Assembly (NCBI GenBank): GCA_043765595.1
Contig: JAYUIZ010000118.1
Coordinates: 1 to 40,339 of the forward strand
Reading direction: 5' to 3'
Source of the DNA: Lysobacter sp.
GTDB lineage: Bacteria > Pseudomonadota > Gammaproteobacteria > Xanthomonadales > Xanthomonadaceae
DNA: 40,339 nt
Shown here: piece by piece, positions 9,137 through 17,153 of the stretch
How the letters are laid out: each line of letters starts with the position of its first letter
Position numbering within the stretch: the stretch's first letter is position 1
Translations under genes and position numbers: made by a program
Notes under the pieces: model-generated
Database searches by the model: none
The model's input: the letters and a program-made list of their open reading frames with translations, nothing else
What the model was told of the DNA's origin: nothing

Positions 9137-10527
9137 CCGCTCTGCCCGGCCTCATCGCCATCGCCGACCACGCCGATACGCCTGCCCTGCCGCTGCATGC
9201 ACTGCCGCTGCACGTGGTGACCGCAGCCGCGTTCGCCGACTGGTGCGCACAGCAGTCACCGACATTGCAGGCCTGGCTGAAAGCGCAGCAGTTCACCGCC
9301 GCCGCAGGCAGCCACGCGCTGCTGCCCGGCAGCGACGGCCTGGCGGGTGCGGTGCTGGGGGTCGGCGATGCCCACGATCCTTTCGCGTACGCACATGCGC
9401 CGTACGCGCTGCCCGCCGGCGACTGGCGGCTGGCTGATCCGCTCGACGCAGCCGCGAGCGCAGCGCTGCAACTGGGCTGGGGCCTGGGCAGCTACCGCTA
9501 CACCCGCTACCGCGACGCGATCCGCGCACCGGCGCGGCTGGTCTGCGACCTCGACGCCGACACCGCCGCGCAGCTCGCGGCCTGCGTCCGCGCCCGCGAC
9601 CTGATCAACACCCCGACCGAGCACATGGGCCCGGACGAAATGGAAGCGGTGGCGCGCGACATCGCGCAGACCCACGGCGCCGATATCGACGTGCTGGCCG
9701 GCGGCGACCTGCTGACCCACAACTTCCCCGCGATCCACGCGGTCGGCCGCGCCTCGCACCGCGCGCCGCGGCTGATCGTGCTGCGCTGGGGCGACGCTGC
9801 GCATCCGCACATCGCCATCATCGGCAAGGGCGTGTGCTTCGACACCGGCGGCCTCGACATCAAGGCCGCGGCCGGCATGCGCAACATGAAGAAGGACATG
9901 GGCGGCGCCGCGCACGCGATCGCGCTGGCCGAACTGATCATGGCGCGCAGGCTGCCGGTGCGGATCACCCTGCTGGTGCCGGCGGTGGAGAACGCCATCG
10001 GCCCGAACGCCTACCGCCCCGGCGAAGTCATCGCCACGCGCAAGGGCGTGAGCGTCGAGATCGACAACACCGACGCCGAAGGCCGCATCGTGCTTTGCGA
10101 CGCGCTGACCTATGCCGCCGAACAATCGCCGCAGCTGATCCTCGATTTCGCCACGCTGACCGGCGCCGCACGGATCGCGCTCGGCCCCGACCTGCCGGCG
10201 CTGTTCAGCAACGACGATGCTTTGGCCGACGATTGGCTGGCCGCGGGCATCCACGCTTTCGACCCGCTGTGGCGCATGCCGCTGCATCGTCCCTATCTGC
10301 GCTATCTCACCAGCGGCATCGCCGATCTGGCCAACAGCAGCGCGACCAGCATGGCCGGCTGCATCACCGCCGCGCTGTATCTCGAACGCTTCGTGCCGGC
10401 GGACGTGCCGTGGGCGCATCTGGACGTCTACAGCTGGAACGACAGCGACCGCCATGGCCGTCCCGCAGGCGGCGAAGCGCAGGCGCTGCGCAGCTGTTAT
10501 GCGATGTTGAAGACGCGCTTCGGCTGA
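9133..10527 (+). CDS. M17 leucyl aminopeptidase family protein
   Basis: GKGVCFDTGG, MKKDMGGAA, NTDAEGR, ATLTGA; ATGA overlap with the HAD stop. Confidence 0.92.
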   Translation: MTALPGLIAIADHADTPALPLHALPLHVVTAAAFADWCAQQSPTLQAWLKAQQFTAAAGSHALLPGSDGLAGAVLGVGDAHDPFAYAHAPYALPAGDWRLADPLDAAASAALQLGWGLGSYRYTRYRDAIRAPARLVCDLDADTAAQLAACVRARDLINTPTEHMGPDEMEAVARDIAQTHGADIDVLAGGDLLTHNFPAIHAVGRASHRAPRLIVLRWGDAAHPHIAIIGKGVCFDTGGLDIKAAAGMRNMKKDMGGAAHAIALAELIMARRLPVRITLLVPAVENAIGPNAYRPGEVIATRKGVSVEIDNTDAEGRIVLCDALTYAAEQSPQLILDFATLTGAARIALGPDLPALFSNDDALADDWLAAGIHAFDPLWRMPLHRPYLRYLTSGIADLANSSATSMAGCITAALYLERFVPADVPWAHLDVYSWNDSDRHGRPAGGEAQALRSCYAMLKTRFG

Positions 10528-10615
10528 ACGTGACTCCGCGCCGGAACCGGCGTGCGCTTGCGTGGCATCGCCGCAGGCCACACCTCGGTCCATTCGACAC
10601 GAACACAGGATTTCC

Positions 10616-11311
10616 ATGAAGACGACCCTTTGCCGTCGCCCCTTCATCGCCATCGTCGCGCTGGTAGCCACAGCGTGCTTCGCGTTTGCCGCCGGCGCGC
10701 AGCCCGCGCGCAAACCTGCGACGGCCGCGACCGCGACGACAGCAGCCGCCACCCCGGCGGCGCAGCGCGCCGTGCTGGTGATGGGCGATTCGCTGTCGGC
10801 CTCGTACGGAATCACTGCAGCGCAGGGCTGGGTGTCGCTGACCGCGCAGAAGATCGCGAAAGAAAAACCGGGCTGGCGCGTGGTCAACGCCAGCATCAGC
10901 GGCGAAACCACCGCCGGTGGCGCAGCGCGCATCGCGGCCGAACTCAAGCGCCACAAGCCGGCCGTGGTGGTGATCGAACTGGGCGCCAACGACGGCCTGC
11001 GCGGATTACCGCTGGCGCAGACCCGCGCCAACCTCACCAAGATGATCGCCGCTGCGAAAGCCGCGAACGCGAAAGTGCTGCTGATCGGAATGCGCCTGCC
11101 GCCGAACTACGGCCCCGATTACACCCAGGGCTTCGAGCGCGCGTTCCGCGAACTCTCGCAGCAGCACAAGACCGCGTTCCTGCCGTTCCTGCTGGAACCG
11201 GTGGCGATGGACGACCGCGCGTTCCAGGCCGACCGCCTACATCCGACCGCCGCGGCGCAGCCGAAACTGCGCGATCACGTCTGGCCCGCGCTGGCGCCGC
11301 TGCTGAAGTAA
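10616..11311 (+). CDS. tesA: Arylesterase / acyl-CoA thioesterase I (SGNH/GDSL)
   Basis: GDSLSA, NASISGETT, ELGANDGLRG, DRLHP; signal peptide. Confidence 0.88.
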   Translation: MKTTLCRRPFIAIVALVATACFAFAAGAQPARKPATAATATTAAATPAAQRAVLVMGDSLSASYGITAAQGWVSLTAQKIAKEKPGWRVVNASISGETTAGGAARIAAELKRHKPAVVVIELGANDGLRGLPLAQTRANLTKMIAAAKAANAKVLLIGMRLPPNYGPDYTQGFERAFRELSQQHKTAFLPFLLEPVAMDDRAFQADRLHPTAAAQPKLRDHVWPALAPLLK

Positions 11312-11413
11312 AACTTTCGTTGTTGCAGGCCGCCGCATCCGTGCGGCACGACATTGCGTGCCCACCGGTCTGCGCAAAGCTTTTCGCGAATCCTGAATCT
11401 TTTTCGATCACGT

Positions 11414-11441
11414 TGCATCCGTGGCGCAAAAGTCCGCGTAA
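11414..11441 (+). promoter_or_regulatory. Putative ECF sigma promoter of the fasciclin gene
   Basis: TGCATCC-N16-CGTAA, resembling SigK/RpoT-like ECF promoters; followed by a perfect 12-bp stem (11453-11464 / 11490-11501). Confidence 0.45.
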
Positions 11442-11529
11442 CTGACTGCGTACCGGTCTTCCGCCCACCTCCGTACCGCCCTCCCCGGCGCGGAAGACCG
11501 GCCTTTCCCCAACACGAGAGATACTCACC

Positions 11530-12102
11530 ATGAAAATGAAACTGCTGACGGTCGCACTGGCCACCACCTTCACGATCGCCGCCGTCGCCCAAGCCGGCAA
11601 CATGGCCGGACACAAGGCCGAAAACCCGATGGTCGGCGGCGCACCGATGCTGGTGACCAAAGATATCGTCGACAACGCGGTGAACTCGAAAGACCACACC
11701 ACACTGGTCGCCGCAGTGAAGGCCGCCGGCCTGGTCGACACGCTGAAGAGCGCAGGCCCGTTCACGGTATTCGCGCCTACCAACGCCGCCTTCGCCGCGC
11801 TGCCGGCCGGCACCGTCGACACGCTGCTCAAGCCCGAGAACAAGGCTACGCTCGCCGGCATCCTCACCTATCACGTGGTCCCGGGCCGCATCGACAGCAA
11901 AGCCATCGCCGCTAAAATCAAGGCCGGCAAAGGCACCGCCACCTACACCACCGTGCAGGGCGAACCGCTGACGTTCAAGGCGGTGGGCAACAACGTCACC
12001 GTGACCGATGCGAAAGGCAACCGCGCCAAGGTCACCATCGCCAACGTGTACCAGAGCAACGGCGTGATCCACGTGATCGACAAGGTGCTGCTGCCGAAGT
12101 AA
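11530..12102 (+). CDS. Secreted fasciclin (FAS1) domain protein
   Basis: FTVFAPTNAAF, ILTYHVV, NGVIHVIDKVL; signal peptide. Confidence 0.93.
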   Translation: MKMKLLTVALATTFTIAAVAQAGNMAGHKAENPMVGGAPMLVTKDIVDNAVNSKDHTTLVAAVKAAGLVDTLKSAGPFTVFAPTNAAFAALPAGTVDTLLKPENKATLAGILTYHVVPGRIDSKAIAAKIKAGKGTATYTTVQGEPLTFKAVGNNVTVTDAKGNRAKVTIANVYQSNGVIHVIDKVLLPK

Positions 12103-12138
12103 TCGGCAACGATCGCGCACTTCACTGCGATGCGATTC

Positions 12139-12168
12139 GCGGGCGGCTTAGGCCGCCCGTTTTCGTTT
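12139..12168 (+). terminator. Rho-independent terminator
   Basis: GCGGGCGGC-TTAG-GCCGCCCGT followed by TTTCGTTT. Confidence 0.75.
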
Positions 12169-12383
12169 GCGCGTGAACACTGGTTGAGCGCACCGCTTCG
12201 CATCCAAGTCGATGAAAATCGAGCTGACGGAAACCTGCTTGTGCAGGTATTTCAGCAGCCTGTCAGCGCGTCGGTCAGCTTCTGGAAAATCAAGTCGCGG
12301 CGTGCGCTTCCTGCCGGAATGCGAGCACGCATTGGTCGTTTATTCACCGGTGGCGCATTGTTCAAAACATTCCCATGACACGT

Positions 12384-14804
12384 TCAGGACAATCTCGGCC
12401 CTTTCGGCGTCGGATCGTCCTGCGTTTGCGCGGGCTGCTGCTGCGCCAAGTGCTGCGCTTGCGCCTGCTGCTGGGTCAATGTGTCCTGAACCTGCTGCGA
12501 GGCTTGCATCAGCGTCGTGGCGTTGTCCTGCGCGGCCGGCAGGAGTGCAAGCCGCGCCGTCGGGTTGCCCAATTCGCCTTGACCGGCGATCAAGCCATCG
12601 TGCTTTGCGTTGAAAACAACAAAATCGATTCTGTCCAGTCGCTCATTCTGGCCGCCTTGCGGCCGTTCAGCGCCAGCGAGGCTGGCGTTAGCCAGATTTG
12701 CAGCGGATTGCTGCAAACGCTCGCCTGAGAAAGTGCCGGGTGGGATGTTCGGCGATCGATCGATCGCGTTCAAGGCTTGCTGATAGCGGTCGTGGCCGGG
12801 GTGATCGCGGTCGGTGATGTCGGGCGCGCGCGGTGGTGTCGGTTGCGGCTCGCCCTGTGTGCGCTGGTGGGTGTTGAGCCACTGCTTCGCTTCCACCTCC
12901 ATCGCGTCGGTGGTGATCTGCATGCTGGGGATCACGGTCGCCTGCATTAAATGGCGCTCGGTCGCTTCCGCACCTGCGGGCCCTGCGTGTTTGGAAAGCG
13001 CTGGGATCGTATTCCCAAGCTCCGCAAGGATCGGGTAGGCCACAGGATTACTCATTGGGTTCAGATAGGCGTTGGCGGCGACCGTACCGCCCAGCGCAGC
13101 CCCCGCAGCGGGCGCGTACCCGGTCGCGTCTTTGACGCGGTTGCCCGCGCTGTCGAGGGTCGTATCGACAAACGTCGTCGCCACCTCCACCGTATCGCGC
13201 TGCACGCGAACGCCGGTCACATGGATGGTTTCGAGCACGTTGCAAGTGTCGTCGGCCGCGCTCCGAATCGTCGCCGCATCGCGCGCCGCTGCCTGCTTTG
13301 CTGTCTGCGCGGCGGTTTCGGCATCGCGCCCGGTGCGCACATTCTGCTGAATCGTCTGATCGGTCTTGCCTTCGGCCCAGCGTTCCAGCTTGCTGCCCTC
13401 CGGCGCAATCTCGGCTAACGCCTGGAAGAACACGCCTTCGCCCGTGCGCGCGGCGATCACGGCATCGGCTTTCAATTGTTCCACCTTCGCCTCTACTGCG
13501 CCGGCCACAACGCGGGTGTTCGCGGCGGTGTCGGCCAGCGATTCGCTGGTGTCGCAGGCCAAGGATTCGAGTCCTCCAGCGACCGTGGACACCACCTCCG
13601 ACGCCTTGTTGCCACCCGCCCGCAGAACATCGCCGCTGGTGTCGAGCGTGCGCTGTGCGACGTGACCGGCGGTCTGTACCACTTCGCCCGCTTCGTGGCC
13701 CAGGTGCGCGCCCGCTCCCACCACGCGCAGCGCGCGCAGCGTCGGCCCCGCCAGCGCCGTCACTTCGTCCAGCGGCAGCTCGGCAGGGCGATCCACGATG
13801 CGTCCGTCCACGCGCATTTTCGCGTCCATCGGGCGCACATCGCCCGCCGCCAGCGGCATGTCGCGCAGCATGCTGTCGGTGTCGCCTTCGGCCAGCGCAT
13901 CGACGAAGCCGGTGATCGCCTCGCGCGCGCGCTCAGGCATGTTGATCGACTGCAGCTGCTGTTCAAGGGCTTGTTTCAACTGCGGCACGTCCTGCACCAG
14001 ATCGGAGGTTTCTTTCAGCACCGCGCCCAGCACGCGGCGTTGCGCCACATCCATCCGTTCGACGTTGTTCTGCAAACCATCGGTCAACACTTCGCCGCGC
14101 ACTTGGTAGGCAATGATGCGGGTATTGGGGTCGAACAATTCCGTGCCGGGATTCTCGCGCTGGAATCGGCGCGCGGTGTCGGGGTGCAGGCCAGCAGAGT
14201 TGAATGTGGTGCCACGTTCGCCGCTGACCGCGACGGCGGCCGAGGCCAGACCGCCGCCAAGCGAGTGACCGGCGTAGTCCACGCGCATGCCGTGCTCCCT
14301 AAACGTATCTGCCAAACGCATCGCACGGTCGTAGTAGTCGGTCTTCTGGCCGATGGCCTGCGGAAAGTTGTTGGCGCCGAAATCCTCCGGACCCGTCTCG
14401 CGCCGGGTGCCATCGGCTTGCAGCACTTCGCCGTTGGAGCCCTTGAACGTCGTGGTCGACTTGTAACCGGGGCCGAGGATCGCGGGGTCGGGCAGGTAAA
14501 TTTCGGCGCGGAAGCCGGAATCGTCAGGTTTGAGCATGTCTCGGATGGCATCGTCCGGCATCGCTGCCAATTGCGGCATCTGCTGGCGCAGCATCGGCAG
14601 GTTCTCACTGGCGCGCACCCAGCCCGCAGGCGGCTGGCCTTCGCCGCGCGCAGATTCGTACACGTCCTCGCTCAACAGCCCCATCTGTTCGCGGTAATAC
14701 TGTCCCTGCAACGCATCGGCGCGCATGGCTGCGGCCGGGTCGCCGCTCGCCCGCAGATCGGCAAGCAGTTGTTGTTGGGCCTTCAGGTCCTCAATGGAAA
14801 GCAT
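12384..14804 (-). CDS. XVIPCD-containing putative X-T4SS effector with an N-terminal lipase/phospholipase domain
   Basis: GHSLGGG nucleophile elbow, TFNSAGL; C-terminal DHPGHDRYQQAL...LDRIDFVV...LIAGQGELGNP followed by a Gln-rich tail, typical of XVIPCD. Confidence 0.82.
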   Translation of the reverse strand: MLSIEDLKAQQQLLADLRASGDPAAAMRADALQGQYYREQMGLLSEDVYESARGEGQPPAGWVRASENLPMLRQQMPQLAAMPDDAIRDMLKPDDSGFRAEIYLPDPAILGPGYKSTTTFKGSNGEVLQADGTRRETGPEDFGANNFPQAIGQKTDYYDRAMRLADTFREHGMRVDYAGHSLGGGLASAAVAVSGERGTTFNSAGLHPDTARRFQRENPGTELFDPNTRIIAYQVRGEVLTDGLQNNVERMDVAQRRVLGAVLKETSDLVQDVPQLKQALEQQLQSINMPERAREAITGFVDALAEGDTDSMLRDMPLAAGDVRPMDAKMRVDGRIVDRPAELPLDEVTALAGPTLRALRVVGAGAHLGHEAGEVVQTAGHVAQRTLDTSGDVLRAGGNKASEVVSTVAGGLESLACDTSESLADTAANTRVVAGAVEAKVEQLKADAVIAARTGEGVFFQALAEIAPEGSKLERWAEGKTDQTIQQNVRTGRDAETAAQTAKQAAARDAATIRSAADDTCNVLETIHVTGVRVQRDTVEVATTFVDTTLDSAGNRVKDATGYAPAAGAALGGTVAANAYLNPMSNPVAYPILAELGNTIPALSKHAGPAGAEATERHLMQATVIPSMQITTDAMEVEAKQWLNTHQRTQGEPQPTPPRAPDITDRDHPGHDRYQQALNAIDRSPNIPPGTFSGERLQQSAANLANASLAGAERPQGGQNERLDRIDFVVFNAKHDGLIAGQGELGNPTARLALLPAAQDNATTLMQASQQVQDTLTQQQAQAQHLAQQQPAQTQDDPTPKGPRLS

Positions 14805-14822
14805 GTGCTTGATCCTTGTCGA

Positions 14823-15662
14823 TTACAGCAGGGGAATGTTTTTTTCGTCGGTCGGAAAGCCGTAGGCTTCGCGTAGTGTGCGGTTCCCTTCCGACATGAC
14901 CGGCGGGCGCTCATAGCCGTGTTGCAGCAGCCATTGTTGGCAGTCGCGTTGCCACTGCGGCTCTTTAGGGTTGCCGGGGTGCCAGAAAATGTTATCGATC
15001 GTGTGCTTGGTCGGCTTCGCGCCGTGCTCCAACAGCCAGAGGGTGCGGACAAAACTCCCTAGGCCGGCATACTCATCTAAAAATGCACGTTGCTGGCTCA
15101 GCGCATTTACATCCGCGCCGCGTTCGACGAGAAGTTCGATGTTCTCCCACGCCCCCGAAAACTTGGCTTGCAGCAGGAGGGTTTCACCGTTGCTGTTGCG
15201 CGTGTTTGGGTTGCCGCCATGGTCGAGCAGCAGTTTGAGGTAGACCGGGTCATCGGCCTTCGCGGCCCACACCATTGCGTTGTTTTTGATGCGTCCCTTG
15301 AAGCGGGTGGTGTGCTGCATCGGATGCAGCAAAAACGCATCCGGATCGGCCCCATTCTCCAGCATCGCCTTCAACCCTGCCGGGTTCTTGGTGAAGATCG
15401 GCCATGCCACCAGCGGGGTACCTTCCTTCGTGAACACCGTGTCCGGGTTCACGCCTTCGTCCTTCATCAAGCGGCGAATTTCCTTTACATCGCCGTGTTC
15501 GGCGGCCAGCGCCAACGCTGCCGCCTGTGGGTTGCCGGGGAACCAGGGCTCCTTGTTCAGATCGCCGTAGCGCGATTGCGCGGCCGCAGGCGGCAGCTCG
15601 AAGCAGGCAGTCAACAGCAGGGCCGCGCACAAGACCAGCGCAGCGACAGGACGGAATTTCAA
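14823..15662 (-). CDS. Ankyrin-repeat lipoprotein, probable cognate immunity protein
   Basis: Lipobox LTAC; ankyrin-like LLDHGGNPN, LVERGADVN and LLEHGA; TTG start after GAAGGAG; 18 bp upstream of the effector. Confidence 0.75.
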   Translation of the reverse strand: MKFRPVAALVLCAALLLTACFELPPAAAQSRYGDLNKEPWFPGNPQAAALALAAEHGDVKEIRRLMKDEGVNPDTVFTKEGTPLVAWPIFTKNPAGLKAMLENGADPDAFLLHPMQHTTRFKGRIKNNAMVWAAKADDPVYLKLLLDHGGNPNTRNSNGETLLLQAKFSGAWENIELLVERGADVNALSQQRAFLDEYAGLGSFVRTLWLLEHGAKPTKHTIDNIFWHPGNPKEPQWQRDCQQWLLQHGYERPPVMSEGNRTLREAYGFPTDEKNIPLL

Positions 15663-15737
15663 GGCGCATCTCCTTCAGCCGGAAGGGAGCGAGTGTAGAC
15701 CGCAGGGCTCACGACAACACAGGGCTGTCATCCATGC

Positions 15738-15817
15738 CTGCCAGTTGCGGCATCTGCTGGCGCAGCATCGGAAGGTTCTCACTTGCGCGCACCCAGCCCG
15801 CAGGCGGCTGGCCTTCG
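15738..15817 (-). pseudogene. 80-bp fragment of an effector homolog (direct repeat of 14564-14643)
   Basis: 77/80 identical by manual alignment; encodes EGQPPAGWVRASENLPMLRQQMPQLA. Confidence 0.85.
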
Positions 15818-15872
15818 ACCCGCACGCCGCAATACATGCAAGGCAAAAACGTCGCGATACCGCAGCATCCGC

Positions 15873-15911
15873 AAAAAAATAAAGACGTCGTGCATTGCTG
15901 CACGGCGTCTT
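15873..15911 (-). terminator. Rho-independent terminator of the peptide operon
   Basis: Minus strand AAGACGCCGTGCA-GCAA-TGCACGACGTCTT followed by TATTTTTTT. Confidence 0.7.
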
Positions 15912-15932
15912 CAGTTCATGCGGAACAAACGC

Positions 15933-16157
15933 TTACCCGCAGCAAGAACACTTCAATGGCTTGCCCGGCCCACCCGGGCCGAGGTTGCTGCCGAAGCCGG
16001 CGCATTCGGTCCTGCACGCCCACGCGCTGCAGCTCGCGTACTGGGTGCCCTCGGTGTTGGTCTCGGTGGCGACGGCCTGGGCCGCACCAAAGCCCATCGC
16101 CGCAAAGAACGCGGCCCCGAAGATCAGTGAACGGAACGACACTCTGCGCATCTTCAT
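15933..16157 (-). CDS. Secreted 6-Cys defensin-like peptide precursor A (74 aa)
   Basis: AAGGAG RBS 9 nt before the ATG; 30-aa signal ending AMGFGAAQAVA; mature part C-x4-C-x3-C-x17-C-x-C-C. Confidence 0.75.
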   Translation of the reverse strand: MKMRRVSFRSLIFGAAFFAAMGFGAAQAVATETNTEGTQYASCSAWACRTECAGFGSNLGPGGPGKPLKCSCCG

Positions 16158-16255
16158 ATCGACACACTCCTTATTGACCCTGCCTGTCGCCGTCCTGGCG
16201 ACATGCGCGGCGGAATGGTTACACCGTCGCTGGCGCGGATATCGCGACAACGCGC

Positions 16256-16492
16256 CTATTCCGGCGCGCAGCAATCGCACAAGGGGCCACCGTTGGGCAT
16301 GATCCCGAAATACGTACCGCCGGCTTCACCGCAAACGGACATGCACGGCCACACGTCGTCGCAGTAACCGCGCTGCTCCTTGCCCGGCCGGTCGGTGGCG
16401 CTTGCGAACGCCTGCATTGCGCCGAAGCCCATCGCACCGACGAACACCGCGATCAGCAGACCATTGCGCCAGAACTTTCCTGTCATCTTCAT
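16256..16492 (-). CDS. Secreted 6-Cys defensin-like peptide precursor B (78 aa)
   Basis: GGGAG RBS; starts at or next to the redoxin stop (TGATGATG; alternative ATG 16495); 30-aa signal ending AMGFGAMQAFA; mature part C-x5-C-x3-C-x17-C-x-C-C. Confidence 0.75.
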   Translation of the reverse strand: MKMTGKFWRNGLLIAVFVGAMGFGAMQAFASATDRPGKEQRGYCDDVWPCMSVCGEAGGTYFGIMPNGGPLCDCCAPE

Positions 16493-16494
16493 CA

Positions 16495-17079
16495 TCAACT
16501 CCCTGTGCGTGGCCGCGGCGGCGCATCCTTGCGTCGCAGTTCGGCGAGAAGATCGTCGACCTGTTCCCTGGTATCGAAGACACCCTGTATCGCGTGGCGG
16601 ACGCGGCCATCGCGATCGATCGCAAGCAGCAGCGGCACGCCGCGCGCGCGATACAGCATCAGTTCGCGCGGCTCGTTCAACAATGCGACCGGAAAATCGA
16701 AGTCATGCGCGTGAACGAACGCATCGGCCTGCGCGGCATCGCACTGGCAGACGCCGATCACCGCAACGCGATCGCCGAATTCTTTTTTAATCGCGCGCGC
16801 AGTCTCGGCCACCGTGGACGCGGACGCACGGCAGTACTGACAGGTGTGATTGAAGAAGAAGAGGATCTGGCGTTCGCCGGAGGGCGCGCCCAACGCGAGC
16901 TTCGCGCCGTCGAGCGCAGTGGTTTCGACCACCGGGACATACATGCCGGGATAGGCATAAGCGGCGCGATCGGTCAGCCAGTCGCGATCCGCGCGCAGGC
17001 CGCGATTCTGCCAGCCAAGCAGGGCGATGAGCACGCTCGCCGCCAACAATGCGATCCATACGAAGATCGAGCGCCACAT
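16495..17079 (-). CDS. Membrane-anchored thioredoxin-fold redoxin (TlpA/AhpC-TSA-like)
   Basis: N-terminal TM helix; FFFNHTCQYC active-site-like CxxC; YRARGVPLLLAIDRDGRV cis-Pro loop. Confidence 0.8.
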   Translation of the reverse strand: MWRSIFVWIALLAASVLIALLGWQNRGLRADRDWLTDRAAYAYPGMYVPVVETTALDGAKLALGAPSGERQILFFFNHTCQYCRASASTVAETARAIKKEFGDRVAVIGVCQCDAAQADAFVHAHDFDFPVALLNEPRELMLYRARGVPLLLAIDRDGRVRHAIQGVFDTREQVDDLLAELRRKDAPPRPRTGS

Positions 17080-17153
17080 CCTAGTGACCCCGCAAAACAC
17101 GATGTCCGCATACTGCGAGCCACTTTCGCGTACGTCAAGCGCCGCGCCCGCGT

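Noticed and set aside
15709-15903. 64-aa Cys-rich ORF as a third peptide
   Set aside because: No signal peptide or RBS, it starts inside the terminator hairpin, its Cys spacing differs, and its second half is the effector fragment
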